47,609 nt of DNA from an uncultured Methanosarcinales archaeon (GTDB taxonomy: Archaea; Nanobdellota; Nanobdellia; Woesearchaeales; CAZPJY01). The DNA lies in the NCBI GenBank assembly GCA_964587045.1, contig CAZPJY010000010.1, forward strand, positions 1 to 47,609, written 5' to 3'. The position numbers and the translations under genes were made by a program. Within the stretch, counting starts at the first letter, position 1. Each line of letters opens with the position of its first letter. The notes beneath the pieces are model-generated. The model made no database searches, had not been told where the DNA came from, and saw nothing but the letters and a program-made list of their open reading frames with translations. Shown piece by piece: positions 18,796 to 27,596 of this stretch.

Positions 18796-19005
18796 ATGGT
18801 CAGAGTCAAATCACACATCCTTGAAAAAGTCATCGGAACCCTGATGGTCATCTTCGGTCTTTCTGCGATATTTGTTTTCATACAGGCGCTGTTAAACAAC
18901 GCCCCCGCCCAAGATGTGGCACTAATCGAGATACTGCTGATTGTGGTGCTCGCAATCCTGGCCCAGACCGTCGTTCTGATTAGGATCTACGAACAACACG
19001 AGTAA
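18796..19005 (+). CDS. Small two-TM membrane protein
   Basis: GGAGG RBS, own BRE-TATA at about 18727, two hydrophobic helices. Confidence 0.7.
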   Translation: MVRVKSHILEKVIGTLMVIFGLSAIFVFIQALLNNAPAQDVALIEILLIVVLAILAQTVVLIRIYEQHE

Positions 19006-19037
19006 TTATTTTATACTAATTCAATTTTCTTTTTCTA

Positions 19038-19865
19038 ATGATTGTAGCTGTAGTGTATTCTCTGAAGGATGCGGCAGGAGTCAACATCGCATCATCAATC
19101 CAAGCGATGCGCCCGTTCAGTGAGACAGAGCAATCATACGATGGTCTGCCCATCAAGGAATGCGGAGACATCAGACTCGTATCTGCTGACAAGGAATCCA
19201 TAAACTGCGAACGCATCGATGAGGATGTTGCTGGTGATATATTCATCTTCGCCACCAAGCACCAGTCAAAGAGCGGTGTTCGATCGCTTTCTGTACACGC
19301 TCCAGGGAATTGGGGCTCTGCTGACCTAGGGGGCGAGACGCGCAAGCTTTGCACATCATTGCCCTGCCTGATGAAGGAGTCCGTTCGCGTTATTACAAAA
19401 CTCTCTGAAGGAATGGGTTTCGACGTGATTTTGGAATGCACCCACCATGGCCCTTACTTGGAAAAGCCGGTGATGTTCATCGAGATAGGTTCCTCCCATG
19501 AGCAGTGGATAAGAAGCGATGCAGCTGATGTCATCGCGAAAACAATATTTCATATTTGCGATAACGTTGATGCGATCATAACAAAATGGCAAGCTGCCAT
19601 TGGCATTGGAGGTCTCCATCACACTCCGAACTTCTTCAACATCATTCAAAATTCTGAGATTGCAGTAGGCCATGTCTGCCCGAAGTACAGGATGGATGAT
19701 ATCGACGATAAAATGATACAGCAAGCGATGCAATCATCGTACCCAAAAGCGACACTCGCTATCTTGGATTGGAAAGGTCTCGCTGGGAAAAAAGATGAAG
19801 TCGTTTTCTTTCTCGAAAAACTCGGAGTGAGTTGGAAGAAGACTAAAGAGTTCTCGCACGATTGA
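19038..19865 (+). CDS. dtdA: D-aminoacyl-tRNA deacylase (DTD2/GEK1 family)
   Basis: IFATKHQS, LSVHAPGNW, LECTHHGPYLEKPVMFIEIGS, GIGGLHH, GHVCPKY, ILDWKG. Confidence 0.93.
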   Translation: MIVAVVYSLKDAAGVNIASSIQAMRPFSETEQSYDGLPIKECGDIRLVSADKESINCERIDEDVAGDIFIFATKHQSKSGVRSLSVHAPGNWGSADLGGETRKLCTSLPCLMKESVRVITKLSEGMGFDVILECTHHGPYLEKPVMFIEIGSSHEQWIRSDAADVIAKTIFHICDNVDAIITKWQAAIGIGGLHHTPNFFNIIQNSEIAVGHVCPKYRMDDIDDKMIQQAMQSSYPKATLAILDWKGLAGKKDEVVFFLEKLGVSWKKTKEFSHD

Positions 19866-19963
19866 AATTTTTTTCCGAAATAGCGTCGAAAAATCAAAAA
19901 GTTTATATACTAAATAGTCCAAAAAAGTTGTATAAAATTTTTTTAGTTTCGGAGGTACGCACA

Positions 19964-20183
19964 ATGGCTGCAAAGAAGAAGAAGCCTGCCAAGAAGAAGG
20001 CGGCAAAGAAGAAGCCTGCCAAGAAGAAGGCGGCAAAGAAGAAGCCTGCCAAGAAGAAGGNNNNNNNNNNNNNNNNNNNNNNNNNNNNNNNNNNNNNNNN
20101 NNNNNNNNNNNNNNNNNNNNNNNNNNNNNNNNNNNNNNNNNNNNNNNNNNNNNNNNNNNNCGGCTAAGAAAAAGAAGAAGTAA
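19964..20183 (+). CDS. Histone H1-like Lys/Ala/Pro repeat protein, interrupted by an assembly gap
   Basis: GGAGG RBS then MAAKKKKPAKKKAAKKKPAKKKAAKKKPAKKK, N-gap 20061-20160, then ..AKKKKK-stop. Confidence 0.8.
19977..20060 (+). repeat. 30-bp tandem repeat AAGAAGAAGCCTGCCAAGAAGAAGGCGGCA (KKKPAKKKAA)
   Basis: Nearly three perfect copies running into the 100-N gap. Confidence 0.9.
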
Positions 20184-20250
20184 TGATTCTTAGTTTCGTG
20201 TTTTTTTTATTCTCTATTTCTTTTCAATGAATGGGTTGAAGAAATAAGAT

Positions 20251-20982
20251 TTATTCGTTGCCAGAAGCAGGAGCTTCACCTTTCTCCTCTTCCTTGGGCA
20301 GAAGCGGTTCGAAAATCTCTGGTGGGATCTTGGCTTCGGTCAGCTTGGCTTTCATCTCGCCCCGGGTCTTGCCAGTCATTCCTGACAGGATCTTCTTGGC
20401 CTCTTCCTCGAGCTCAGCGTGTTTCTCTTTGAGATCCTCAGCCATCTTTCTCTTCTCCTCTTCCATCTCCTTGATCTCCTCGGCCGAAAGCTCAGTCTTG
20501 CCAGAGGCTATCTGGGAATCGAACTTGCCCTGGTCGATCATGGCAAGAATCTCCTGTGCCTTTACACCCTCAACCATGATGCCCATGGACTGGCATGTGC
20601 CAATGATCTCTTTTACCCTCTCCTTATCGCCCTTGCCCAGGAGGGAGTCCTGTTTCATCTTCGCCACCTTAATGATGTTCTCTATGCGGAGGTCAGCGAC
20701 GAACTCGGTGCTGGGATGGCCTGACCCTTGGGTCAGACCCGCTTCCTTCAAAATCAGCGACGATGCTGGCGGCGTGCCGATGCTTATTGAGAATTCCTTG
20801 GTGTCGGTTTCCACCATGACTTTAACAGGCACCTGCATGCCCTTGAAATCCGCGGTCTTCTTGTTGATCTCGCTGATCACCTGGCCGATGTTGACTCCCA
20901 AGGGACCGAGCGCTGGTCCAAGAGGTGGCCCTGCGGATGCCTTCCCACCTTCCACCAGTGCTTCGACTTCTGTCTTTGCCAT
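20251..20982 (-). CDS. rpl11: 50S ribosomal protein uL11 with long charged C-terminal extension
   Basis: MAKTEVEALVEGGKASAGPPLGPALGPLGVNIGQV; ATG at 20982. Confidence 0.95.
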   Translation of the reverse strand: MAKTEVEALVEGGKASAGPPLGPALGPLGVNIGQVISEINKKTADFKGMQVPVKVMVETDTKEFSISIGTPPASSLILKEAGLTQGSGHPSTEFVADLRIENIIKVAKMKQDSLLGKGDKERVKEIIGTCQSMGIMVEGVKAQEILAMIDQGKFDSQIASGKTELSAEEIKEMEEEKRKMAEDLKEKHAELEEEAKKILSGMTGKTRGEMKAKLTEAKIPPEIFEPLLPKEEEKGEAPASGNE

Positions 20983-21051
20983 ATCGGTTCGGAGGAATAG
21001 GAGAGGGTTTAAATAGGTTTCGCTGTACAGCATCATCAGAAAGGGAAAGAG

Positions 21052-21178
21052 TGCCGCTGGAGGGAGTTGAACCCTCGACTTCTACGTTTCCGCGCTTAAT
21101 TGTCAGTCATCGGAAAGCGGACTTTCCTCCTCGCTCAAGCTTATGAGCGTAGCGCTCTAACCTCTGAGCTACAGCGGC
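21052..21178 (-). tRNA. tRNA-Met(CAT), probably elongator, with a 54-nt intron at canonical position 37/38 (21088-21141)
   Basis: Acceptor GCCGCTG/CAGCGGC, D-arm GCTC..GAGC, anticodon stem CTACG/CGTAG with CTCATA|A loop, T-loop TTCAACT; spliced length 73 nt. Confidence 0.92.
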
Positions 21179-21218
21179 ACGTGGAGCAAGGAAATCCCCG
21201 CATCATATAAATAGTTTT

Positions 21219-21626
21219 CTAGAGAAGGGTTGCAACCTCAGCGGCGAACTTAGCTAGGTCTTCAGGATCCGCTTCGTTCCCCGGCCAGGACTTCAGGCCA
21301 TCACCCTTGTACCTCGGTATGAGATGTATGTGTGTATGCATCACAACCTGCCCGGCAGCTGGATTCACGTTTATCCCAACATTCATCCCGTCAGACTCGC
21401 ATACATTCATCAGCGCTTTGCCCAGCTTCTGCACAAGCGCCAGCACGGCGTTGCCCTCATGCGTCTCCATCTCGAATACTGTTGGGGAATGCTCCTTTGG
21501 AACGATCAGGGTGTGCCCTCTCGATATGGGATTGATGTCTGCGAAGGCAATGAACTCGTCATCCTCATATATTTTCGCGCACGGGATGTCACCCCTGCTA
21601 ATCTTGCAGAATATGCATTCATCCAT
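21219..21626 (-). CDS. HIT family nucleotide hydrolase
   Basis: MDECIFCKI, DINPISRGHTLIVPKEH, GQVVMHTHIHLIPR. Confidence 0.95.
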   Translation of the reverse strand: MDECIFCKISRGDIPCAKIYEDDEFIAFADINPISRGHTLIVPKEHSPTVFEMETHEGNAVLALVQKLGKALMNVCESDGMNVGINVNPAAGQVVMHTHIHLIPRYKGDGLKSWPGNEADPEDLAKFAAEVATLL

Positions 21627-22113
21627 GATTCTCGACCTCCATGAATTCGACGCTGCCATCCCCTGTGTCGAGGAGCGCGATTGTGCCTGAGGTGTGCCAG
21701 TAGTGCGCCCCCGGGTTGATGACCCTGGTCTTTCCCACCATTTCGTTTCGCTGCTGGTGGGTGTGCCCTGTCAGGACATAGTCATATTTTCCTGAATTGA
21801 TCATCGTGCCCAGCCTGTCACTGTCCTGCCCGTGGTAGACTGCGAACCGCTTGCCGCCGAGCTCGAACTGGGCCTCGTCGCCAAGGAACCTGCCGCCAAT
21901 CTCCTCTGCCTTCCTGGTGATCATCGGCACGTCGCCGTCGCAGTTGCCCTGAACGAACCACACCTTGACGCCCTTGAAGAAGGGCACAGAAGCCGGCGCG
22001 ACTATGTCGCCGCAGTGGACCACCAGCTCGACTCCCTTGTCGATGAAGAGCTTCGTGGCAGCGATGATGTGGCCTACATTGTCATGCGTGTCAGATATGA
22101 TCCCTATCAGCAT
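21619..22113 (-). CDS. YfcE/MJ0936-type metallophosphoesterase
   Basis: IGIISDTHDN, HCGD, VQGNCD, YHG, GHTH, INPGA; ATG at 22113. Confidence 0.93.
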   Translation of the reverse strand: MLIGIISDTHDNVGHIIAATKLFIDKGVELVVHCGDIVAPASVPFFKGVKVWFVQGNCDGDVPMITRKAEEIGGRFLGDEAQFELGGKRFAVYHGQDSDRLGTMINSGKYDYVLTGHTHQQRNEMVGKTRVINPGAHYWHTSGTIALLDTGDGSVEFMEVENHG

Positions 22114-22187
22114 GGGTTGTTGGTTGGCCAGCCCCACATAAAAACATTTCGTTACATATATATAGATAAGACCGCACATCACATGCA

Positions 22188-22526
22188 ATGGCCATCGAGA
22201 TCGCGCTCATCGTGCTGGTATTTGTCGTATCTGCCATACCGCTGCACCTGGCTGTCAGGATGCTGCACGGCAACACGACTTTTTTGAAGACCGTCTTTGT
22301 CTCCTTGCTGGTAGGTGTGGCCGCTGTCGGTGTGAGGCAGTTCTTCCAGATCTGGGCTGGGCTCATCGCTTTCGTCCTGATGCTCTGGATTTACCACGCC
22401 CTCTTCGACCTCTCCTGGCCGCGCGCGTTCTTCGCTTGGATCCTGCAGGCTGTCATAGTTGTCGCGCTGGTGTTTGCAATTGTTGCGCTCTTTGGGATAA
22501 CTTTGTTCACCATCGCTGTCCTGTAG
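22188..22526 (+). CDS. Small polytopic membrane protein
   Basis: About four hydrophobic segments; TATA-like element upstream. Confidence 0.75.
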   Translation: MAIEIALIVLVFVVSAIPLHLAVRMLHGNTTFLKTVFVSLLVGVAAVGVRQFFQIWAGLIAFVLMLWIYHALFDLSWPRAFFAWILQAVIVVALVFAIVALFGITLFTIAVL

Positions 22527-22566
22527 AAAATCTTATAAGGATAAGCCCTCTTCTTGCCTCTTTGAA

Positions 22567-22638
22567 GGGCTCGTGGTCTAATGGCATGACGCTCGCTTGG
22601 CTAGCGGGAGATTCCGGGTTCAACTCCCGGCGAGTCCA
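22567..22638 (+). tRNA. tRNA-Ala(GGC)
   Basis: Acceptor GGGCTCG/CGAGTCC with G3.U70; anticodon stem CTCGC/GCGGG, loop TTGGCTA; T-loop TTCAACT. Confidence 0.9.
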
Positions 22639-22788
22639 TTCCTGTTCCTCATTAGCACTATTACTGTGGGTATAGCGTCATTATGTATAACACAGCAATA
22701 GTAGAGTTCTGATGGCAATACCAATATACGAAAAGCAAAATTTATATATTAGCATAACCTTTCAATACCTATTCGGGGGTGTAACTGC

Positions 22789-23181
22789 ATGGTTATACTA
22801 TTTGATAGATTTAATCTTCCAGAAAACGTGTTCGAGATAATCTTTGCAACGAAGCAGCAGAAGATCGTGGGAGAACTTCTCATCAAGGAGCTCAAGGCCA
22901 AGGGAGGCGTCATGAACAAGAGCGAGATGAGCTATTTCGCGACGACCCTGCACGAGGGCAACTACATCACGACCATCAACGAGCCCCCGTACGTAGGAAA
23001 GAAGGTGAAGATATCATACAACAAGCGGCAGTTCTACGACCGCATCCTCACCCCGTTGAAGGCGATGGGCATGATCGACTACGACCTTTACAGGAAGACC
23101 TACCACATCTCTGACAAGTTCAACAAGGCTCTAATCAAGATAGGCCTGATGTGGGTCAGGGAGATACGGGGAGAAGAATAG
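22789..23181 (+). CDS. Hypothetical protein, possibly winged-helix
   Basis: Host-like codon usage, GGGGGTG RBS, BRE-TATA upstream; FYDRILTPLKAMGMIDY resembles a wHTH helix plus wing. Confidence 0.75.
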   Translation: MVILFDRFNLPENVFEIIFATKQQKIVGELLIKELKAKGGVMNKSEMSYFATTLHEGNYITTINEPPYVGKKVKISYNKRQFYDRILTPLKAMGMIDYDLYRKTYHISDKFNKALIKIGLMWVREIRGEE

Positions 23182-23184
23182 GAC

Positions 23185-23391
23185 TCATTGGATCTTGATG
23201 TCCCCTGCCTGAACAGTCTTCCTGCCTGAATGCTTCGCTATCTGTACAGCTTTAGCTGCTATTTTGTTGCCCCTCTCCTCTAGCTCCTCTACGAACGCGG
23301 TGATGGCGCTCTGGCTCACCCTTTTCGCGCCGAGGTTCATAAGTATCCTCGCAAGCGGAGCTCCAGGGACGATGTTGGTTCTCTTTGGCAT
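23185..23391 (-). CDS. Archaeal histone (HMf-like, nucleosomal type)
   Basis: PGAPLARIL..GAKRVSQSA..IAKHSGRKTVQAGDIK. Confidence 0.92.
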   Translation of the reverse strand: MPKRTNIVPGAPLARILMNLGAKRVSQSAITAFVEELEERGNKIAAKAVQIAKHSGRKTVQAGDIKIQ

Positions 23392-23467
23392 GCATCCACA
23401 CCAAACCCGAATTGTATTTATACTTTTCGAAAAGGCTTAAATACATGGCTTCCAACCTCCAAAGCTG

Positions 23468-25132
23468 ATGGAAATAGATGATGCGATACGCAATTTCGTC
23501 CTGCAAAACGCCATCCGCTACAAGGGCAAGGCCAGCCCCGGCGCGATCATAGGCAAGGTGCTCGGCGAGTTCCCTGAATGGAAGGACCGCTCAAAGGAGC
23601 TCGCCAAAAAGGTCCAGGCGGCCGTAAAAGGCGTCAACTCCCTCTCGCAGGAGCAGCAGCTGGCTGAACTGAAGGAGCGGGCGCCTGAGATGCTGGAAAA
23701 GAAGGAGAAGGAGAAGCGGGGACTGCCGCCCCTTCCCAACGCGGTCGAAGGCAAGGTCGTCACACGCATCCCTCCCGAGCCTTCCAAGTACAACCACATC
23801 GGCCACGCTCTCTCATTCCTGATCAACTACACCTACGCCAAGAGGTACAAGGGCAAATCGGTTCTCCGGTTCGAGGACACCAACCCCGAGAAGGCCGCGC
23901 AGGAGTACGTGGATGCGATGCGCGAAGACGTGCTGGACTACCTGGGCATCAAGCCTGACAGGACAGTCTTCGTCAGCGACGACATGGAGAAGTTCTACTC
24001 ATACGCTCAGAAGCTGATCAGCATGGGTGAGGCTTATGTCTGCTCCTGCGCAAGGGAGAAGATGCAGGACCTACGGCGCAAGGGACAGGCCTGCGCCTGC
24101 AGGGGAATGGATGCCGCAGTGGAATGGAAGGCGATGCTGGGGGGCAAGTACAGGGACGGCGAGCGCGTCCTGCGCCTGAAGGGCGATATGGAATCCAAGA
24201 ACACGGTCATGCGCGACCCGGTCCTATTCAGGATAGTCTCTACGCCGCACTACAGGCAGAAGGGCAAATACAGGGTCTGGCCAATGTACGATTTCGAAAA
24301 CGCAGTCGAAGAGGACCTCTGCGGCATAACCCACATCCTGAGGAGCAACGAGTTCGGCACCATGAGGGTCGAGCTTCAGAGCAGGATTAAGCAGGCGCTG
24401 GGCCTCAAGGACCAGACTGTGGTGCAGTACGGTCGGTTCAACATAACCGGAGCGGTGACGCAAGGCAGGGAGGTCAGGCAGCTGATAGAGGAAGGCAAGG
24501 TGATGGGATGGGACGACCCAAGCCTCGTGACCCTGAGGGCGCTCAGGCGGAGGGGCTTTGTCAGGGAGATGTACTATGAGCTCATGGAGGAGGTAGGGAT
24601 AACGCCCAGCCAGACCAAGATAGACTGGACCCTGCTGTCTACGATAAACCGGCGGATACTGGACCCGGTTGCGGAGAGGTTCTTCATGGTCCACGACGGA
24701 GTCGAGGTTGTGATCAGAGGCGCCCCGTCGCAGGAGGTCGAGCTCGACCTTCACCCTGATTCGAAGGAGGGAGGCAGGAAGATGAGGTGCACCGATAGGT
24801 TCATCCTGTCCAAGTCGGATGTCAAGAAGCTGAAGGAGGGCAAGCTCTACCGGCTCATGGGGTGCCTGAATTTCACCAAGCAGGACGGCAAGTTCATCTT
24901 CCAGTCAACGGAGCATGAGAAGTACAAGGATAGGGGTTCTGGCATCATGCACTGGCTGCCTGCCGGCGAAAAGCTCCTGGAAGTCGAGGTGCTCATGCCC
25001 GACCGTAAGGTCATACGAGGGGTTGCGGAGCCTGCCACCTCGAAAGTCAAGGTGGGAGCGGTCATCCAGTTCGAGAGGTTCGGCTTCGCAAGGCTCGATT
25101 CCCCCAACAAATTCTGGTTCACGCACAAGTGA
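23468..25132 (+). CDS. gltX: Glutamate--tRNA ligase
   Basis: RIPPEPSKYNHIGH, LRFEDTNP, RDPVLFRI, WPMYDF, GWDDP, QFERFGFARLD. Confidence 0.96.
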   Translation: MEIDDAIRNFVLQNAIRYKGKASPGAIIGKVLGEFPEWKDRSKELAKKVQAAVKGVNSLSQEQQLAELKERAPEMLEKKEKEKRGLPPLPNAVEGKVVTRIPPEPSKYNHIGHALSFLINYTYAKRYKGKSVLRFEDTNPEKAAQEYVDAMREDVLDYLGIKPDRTVFVSDDMEKFYSYAQKLISMGEAYVCSCAREKMQDLRRKGQACACRGMDAAVEWKAMLGGKYRDGERVLRLKGDMESKNTVMRDPVLFRIVSTPHYRQKGKYRVWPMYDFENAVEEDLCGITHILRSNEFGTMRVELQSRIKQALGLKDQTVVQYGRFNITGAVTQGREVRQLIEEGKVMGWDDPSLVTLRALRRRGFVREMYYELMEEVGITPSQTKIDWTLLSTINRRILDPVAERFFMVHDGVEVVIRGAPSQEVELDLHPDSKEGGRKMRCTDRFILSKSDVKKLKEGKLYRLMGCLNFTKQDGKFIFQSTEHEKYKDRGSGIMHWLPAGEKLLEVEVLMPDRKVIRGVAEPATSKVKVGAVIQFERFGFARLDSPNKFWFTHK

Positions 25133-25236
25133 CATATATTGCACCTACAGAACTTGTGAACAAAAAATTTATATATGACGCCTTTTTCGTCCTCAATAGA
25201 CCTCAAGGTCAAATATAACGAATGGGGTGAAACCTA

Positions 25237-25407
25237 ATGGGAGATTATGTCGTTGTTCGAGCAAAAATCAAGGAATTTGCCAAGGGATGCAACGTCTCCG
25301 GCGACTTCGCTGAGACGCTGAACAAGAAGGTTATCGAGCTCATCCAGGCCGCTTGCGCGCGCGCTGAGGGCAATAACCGAAAGACCGTCATGGGCAAGGA
25401 CCTTTAA
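25237..25407 (+). CDS. Short histone-fold protein (56 aa) with truncated helix 3, face-to-face/Bd0055-like; absent from the ORF track
   Basis: GGGGTGA RBS; MGDYVVVRAKIKEFAKGCNVSGDFAETLNKKVIELIQAACARAEGNNRKTVMGKDL-stop. Confidence 0.88.
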   Translation: MGDYVVVRAKIKEFAKGCNVSGDFAETLNKKVIELIQAACARAEGNNRKTVMGKDL

Positions 25408-26114
25408 TTCTTTTTTTTCTTTTCTACGGTTTTCGTGATCGTTACCTTCGTTGTCACTTCAGAATTCTTGGGTGCTTTCTTGGAGGGCTTTTTCCTTGAG
25501 GCAACGGACTTCTTCGTCGCCTTCTTAGCGACAGTCTTTTTCTTGGGCTGCAGGGTCCTGACGCGTTTCTTTATCTCAAGAATCCTCTTCTTGACAGATG
25601 CGAGCTCTGCCTTGTTGACCCCCTGGACAGAGAGCTTATCGTAAATCGCGTCAAGCTTCTCGAGCCTGGAGTTGAGGGTCCGGACAGTCACCTCGTCCGC
25701 CTTGATGGTCTTTTGCACCTTGGCCTCGAGGGCACGCATGCTCTTCTCATGCAGCGACTTGATCTTATTGTAGTCCCCAAGGTGCTGGCGGAGGAATGCC
25801 AGCTCGGATTCCTGCTGGTCATGCTTCAGGTGCATGTCAAAGACTTCCTTCTTTAGGCTCTTGATGATCTCCTCCTGGGCCGTCTCGACAGCGGTGAGCC
25901 GCCGCTCCTTGTCGACGAGGTTGTCTATCTTCACCTCAAGCTCCACTATCTCGTCCTTTAGCTTGGCCCTGGTCTTGCCGTCGGCTATGCGGTGCAGCCT
26001 GCGGATGTGACTTTTCAGCTCCTTCCTGGCCTGCTCTCGCTCGTCGTACTTCAGCGAAGCCCTCGAGAGGGCGCTTAAGAATTTCTTGGCCTTGATGAGG
26101 GATAAGTCAGTCAT
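25404..26114 (-). CDS. Coiled-coil protein with Lys-rich C-terminal tail
   Basis: Heptad-rich; tail KKTVAKKATKKSVASRKKPSKKAPK; overlaps the upstream gene. Confidence 0.75.
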   Translation of the reverse strand: MTDLSLIKAKKFLSALSRASLKYDEREQARKELKSHIRRLHRIADGKTRAKLKDEIVELEVKIDNLVDKERRLTAVETAQEEIIKSLKKEVFDMHLKHDQQESELAFLRQHLGDYNKIKSLHEKSMRALEAKVQKTIKADEVTVRTLNSRLEKLDAIYDKLSVQGVNKAELASVKKRILEIKKRVRTLQPKKKTVAKKATKKSVASRKKPSKKAPKNSEVTTKVTITKTVEKKKKN

Positions 26115-26665
26115 TTCCTCAGCCTGCCGAATAGCCCCTTCTTTTCATCGGACATGGGTCCTGGCGGAGGCATGGTCGGCGGCGGAGCCCCCTGAGGCGG
26201 AGGCTGCTGGGGCGGAGGCATCATGGGTCCGCTTGGCTGAGGTCCTCCAGGGGGCGGCCCGAACGGATCAGGCTCCGGGAACCTGGGAGGCTGCCTGTCC
26301 AAAGGGGGCAGCACAGGCATCTCAGGGCCCTTGTTGCTCTCCTTCATCTCCTTGACCATATCAGCTATGGCAACGATTCCTTCTGCAATCTTTTCGTTCT
26401 GGTCGATGACCTTGTCAAGCCTCTCGAGGAACGGGTCAAGCCTCTTTGATATCAGCTCAGCCTCGTCCTCGCCCCTCTTGATCTCTGAGGATGCTGTCTT
26501 GAATATCTCGAGCATCTTGTTCATGGAGCTGTTCAGCTCGGTCATCGAGCCCACTAGCGCCTTGGCAGAGCTGGTCGATCCAGCAGGTCCCGACTTGATT
26601 GTCTCCAGCTCGGCCTTGATTTTCTTTACCTCGTCACGTGGGAGAAGTTCGTATTCATCATCCAT
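26111..26665 (-). CDS. Coiled-coil protein with Pro-rich C-terminus
   Basis: MDDEYELLP..QNEKIAEGIVAIADMV, poly-Pro region, KKGLFG end. Confidence 0.8.
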   Translation of the reverse strand: MDDEYELLPRDEVKKIKAELETIKSGPAGSTSSAKALVGSMTELNSSMNKMLEIFKTASSEIKRGEDEAELISKRLDPFLERLDKVIDQNEKIAEGIVAIADMVKEMKESNKGPEMPVLPPLDRQPPRFPEPDPFGPPPGGPQPSGPMMPPPQQPPPQGAPPPTMPPPGPMSDEKKGLFGRLRK

Positions 26666-26765
26666 GGGAGTTCACCGCCTTTTTCCTGTCCTCTATCGAG
26701 GATTATTCCTATATAAGGTTTTCGTTTGGAAAAGAAATATATAGTCTTGGACTCAGAATAATCCC

Positions 26766-27596
26766 ATGGCCATCGAATCTGAGGTGGAGTTCTCGTTCCG
26801 ATACGTTCTCAAGATCATCGCCCTGATAATCCTGCTGCCTTACCACCTGCTCGACCTCCTGTTCCACCCTCCCAAGTTCTCAGAGAAGGTCAAGCTGTAC
26901 TTCGAGCCGTGGGAAGCGATGCTCCGGTGGCTGTTCCAGCCCAAGGCCACGATGCTCCTTGTCATCGCGAACGTCGTTGTGTTCCTTCTGGCGGCTTTCT
27001 ACTTCTCTGAGGACCAGCTCGCGGGGTGGGTTTTTACACCTTCCATGCTGTTTTCGCTGGACCTGCTGCCCATGGTCGGCTCGTGGTTCTTGCACGCGAA
27101 CCTGACCCACCTGGCAGGCAACATGCTCGCTTTGCTGGTCTTCGGACGCATAGTGGAAAGGGAGTACGGGTCAGCCAGGCTCCTGCTCTTCTACTTCGGC
27201 GCTGCGGTCATCGCGAGCGTGGTCAACGCCCTTGCCACCTACCTTATCTTCGGTTCTAACATCGGGAGCGTGGGCGCGAGCGGCGCCATATCAGGCCTCG
27301 TGACCATCGCGCTGCTCGCCGACCCCTTCTACTTCACCTACCTCATGGGCATACCGCTGCCCGTGATACTGATAGGCTGGCTGTACATATACGCTGACGT
27401 GTTCGCAGTCATCTCGCCTGCCGTCGGCGACCAGGTCGCGCACTTCGCACACCTCGGCGGATACCTGGCAGTGGGACTGCTCTACCTGGGGCTTGAAAGG
27501 GACAGGAGAGAAAAAGTAATCAAGGGCGTGTGGATAAACGCGGCCTTCCTCGTGCTGGTGGTGGTGATGGGCCTTTGGCTTGGGATAGTACCCTAA
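26766..27596 (+). CDS. Rhomboid intramembrane serine protease
   Basis: [30 protein letters not shown]. Confidence 0.93.
   Translation: MAIESEVEFSFRYVLKIIALIILLPYHLLDLLFHPPKFSEKVKLYFEPWEAMLRWLFQPKATMLLVIANVVVFLLAAFYFSEDQLAGWVFTPSMLFSLDLLPMVGSWFLHANLTHLAGNMLALLVFGRIVEREYGSARLLLFYFGAAVIASVVNALATYLIFGSNIGSVGASGAISGLVTIALLADPFYFTYLMGIPLPVILIGWLYIYADVFAVISPAVGDQVAHFAHLGGYLAVGLLYLGLERDRREKVIKGVWINAAFLVLVVVMGLWLGIVP

Noticed and set aside
19977..20160. CRISPR-like 30-bp repeats
   Set aside because: Head-to-tail coding repeats with no spacers; no cas genes in the window.
21088..21141. tRNA-Met intron as a novelty
   Set aside because: Introns at position 37/38 of archaeal tRNA-Met are common.
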